A stretch of 16,841 nucleotides of DNA, taken from Armatimonadota bacterium. GTDB taxonomy: Bacteria > Armatimonadota > UBA10988. Of this stretch, positions 16,204 to 16,841 are shown piece after piece; position 1 is the stretch's first letter; every line of letters starts with the position of its first letter. The translations under genes were made by a program, and so were the position numbers. Under the pieces are notes generated by a model. That model ran no database searches and was not told the origin of the DNA. It was given only the letters and a program-made list of their open reading frames with translations. The stretch covers positions 1 through 16,841 of the forward strand of contig JACRKZ010000015.1 of the NCBI GenBank assembly GCA_016235455.1, given 5' to 3'.

Positions 16204-16719
16204 TCAGAAGTTCATGCTGATCGCCACGCTGCGCGGCGTGACGGTGACGTGGTGCCTGGCCAGGTAGTGGCCGGACACGTAGCCCAGCGCCGCGCCGGCC
16301 ACGACATCCTGCCAGTGGTGCTCGTCGAGCTGCACCCGCGACGCGGCGATGAGCCCAGCGCCGACATAGGCGTAGGGCGCCCAGTGCGGGTCGTACTGCC
16401 GGATAATCTCTGCCATGCAGAACGCCGTGGAGGCGTGCAGACTGGGGAAGCTGTCGAACTCGCGGCGGTTGGGGCGCTTCTCGCGCACCGTCCACTTGAG
16501 CAACTGCGCTGTCGCGCCTTGGGCCGCCAACGCCTCCAGCCCCTGCAATGCCGCCTGCCGACCGTCGCGGCCGTCCAGCGCCATGGCCAACTCGCCGCCG
16601 CCCACCAGTGCGAAGACGCTGTTGGAGGTGATCTCCCAGAACGTGCGCTCGGTGTCGGCGCGGGCCGCGGTGGTCAGCAGAGCGAGGGTGAATACGGTGA
16701 GCAGTGGTCGCAGTGGCAT
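16204..16719 (-). CDS. PAP2 superfamily phosphatase
   Basis: PAP2 motifs KWTVREKRP (KxxxxxxRP), SFPSLH and SRVQLDEHHWQD (SRxxxxxHxxxD). The start at 16719 (MPLRPLLTVFTLALLTTAARA) gives a signal-peptide-like N-terminus and is preceded by AAGGA and a candidate promoter. Confidence 0.85.
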   Translation of the reverse strand: MPLRPLLTVFTLALLTTAARADTERTFWEITSNSVFALVGGGELAMALDGRDGRQAALQGLEALAAQGATAQLLKWTVREKRPNRREFDSFPSLHASTAFCMAEIIRQYDPHWAPYAYVGAGLIAASRVQLDEHHWQDVVAGAALGYVSGHYLARHHVTVTPRSVAISMNF

Positions 16720-16746
16720 GGGTTCGGGCTTCCTTGGGCCGCGGGC

Positions 16747-16775
16747 AGTGTGAGGTGCCCTGCCGCCCATGTCAA
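16747..16775 (-). promoter_or_regulatory. Putative sigma70 promoter for the PAP2 gene
   Basis: On the - strand: TTGACA (16775-16770), 17-nt spacer, CACACT (16752-16747), ending 27 nt upstream of the start at 16719. Confidence 0.55.
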
Positions 16776-16841
16776 GGGACGCTCCGCCTGGACGCGGTAC
16801 CACACCCTGACCGATCCGTAGGTACAGCCTACATTGCCCGC

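Noticed and set aside
16720-16803. N-terminal extension of the PAP2 ORF to 16803
   Set aside because: It overlaps the candidate promoter and gives a P/G/R-rich segment in front of a clear signal-like sequence.

Overview
A very GC-rich bacterial window. Nine genes lie on the + strand, and one convergent PAP2 phosphatase gene lies on the - strand at the right end. Most of it is a cluster of predicted exported carbohydrate-active proteins aimed at deoxy-sugar (rhamnose/fucose), probably acetylated, glycans. These are a 5'-truncated GH106-like hydrolase, a GH106 alpha-L-rhamnosidase with a tandem insert resembling a cysteine-free SUEL/rhamnose-lectin (DUF3395-like) module, a DUF2341-LamG-SGNH esterase fusion, a GH29 fucosidase with CBM32, a ThuA-like protein and a GH141-like beta-helix protein. 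An unrelated block of about 2.6 kb interrupts the cluster. It holds a lipoprotein with an apparent caspase/legumain-like (clan CD) His-Gly/Cys protease domain and a possibly frameshifted end, then a VapBC-type toxin-antitoxin pair whose near-consensus sigma70 promoter is overlapped by tandem palindromic operators. Several intergenic gaps carry REP/REPIN-like palindromes of more than one sequence family. All family calls come from recognising motifs by eye. No database searches were run.
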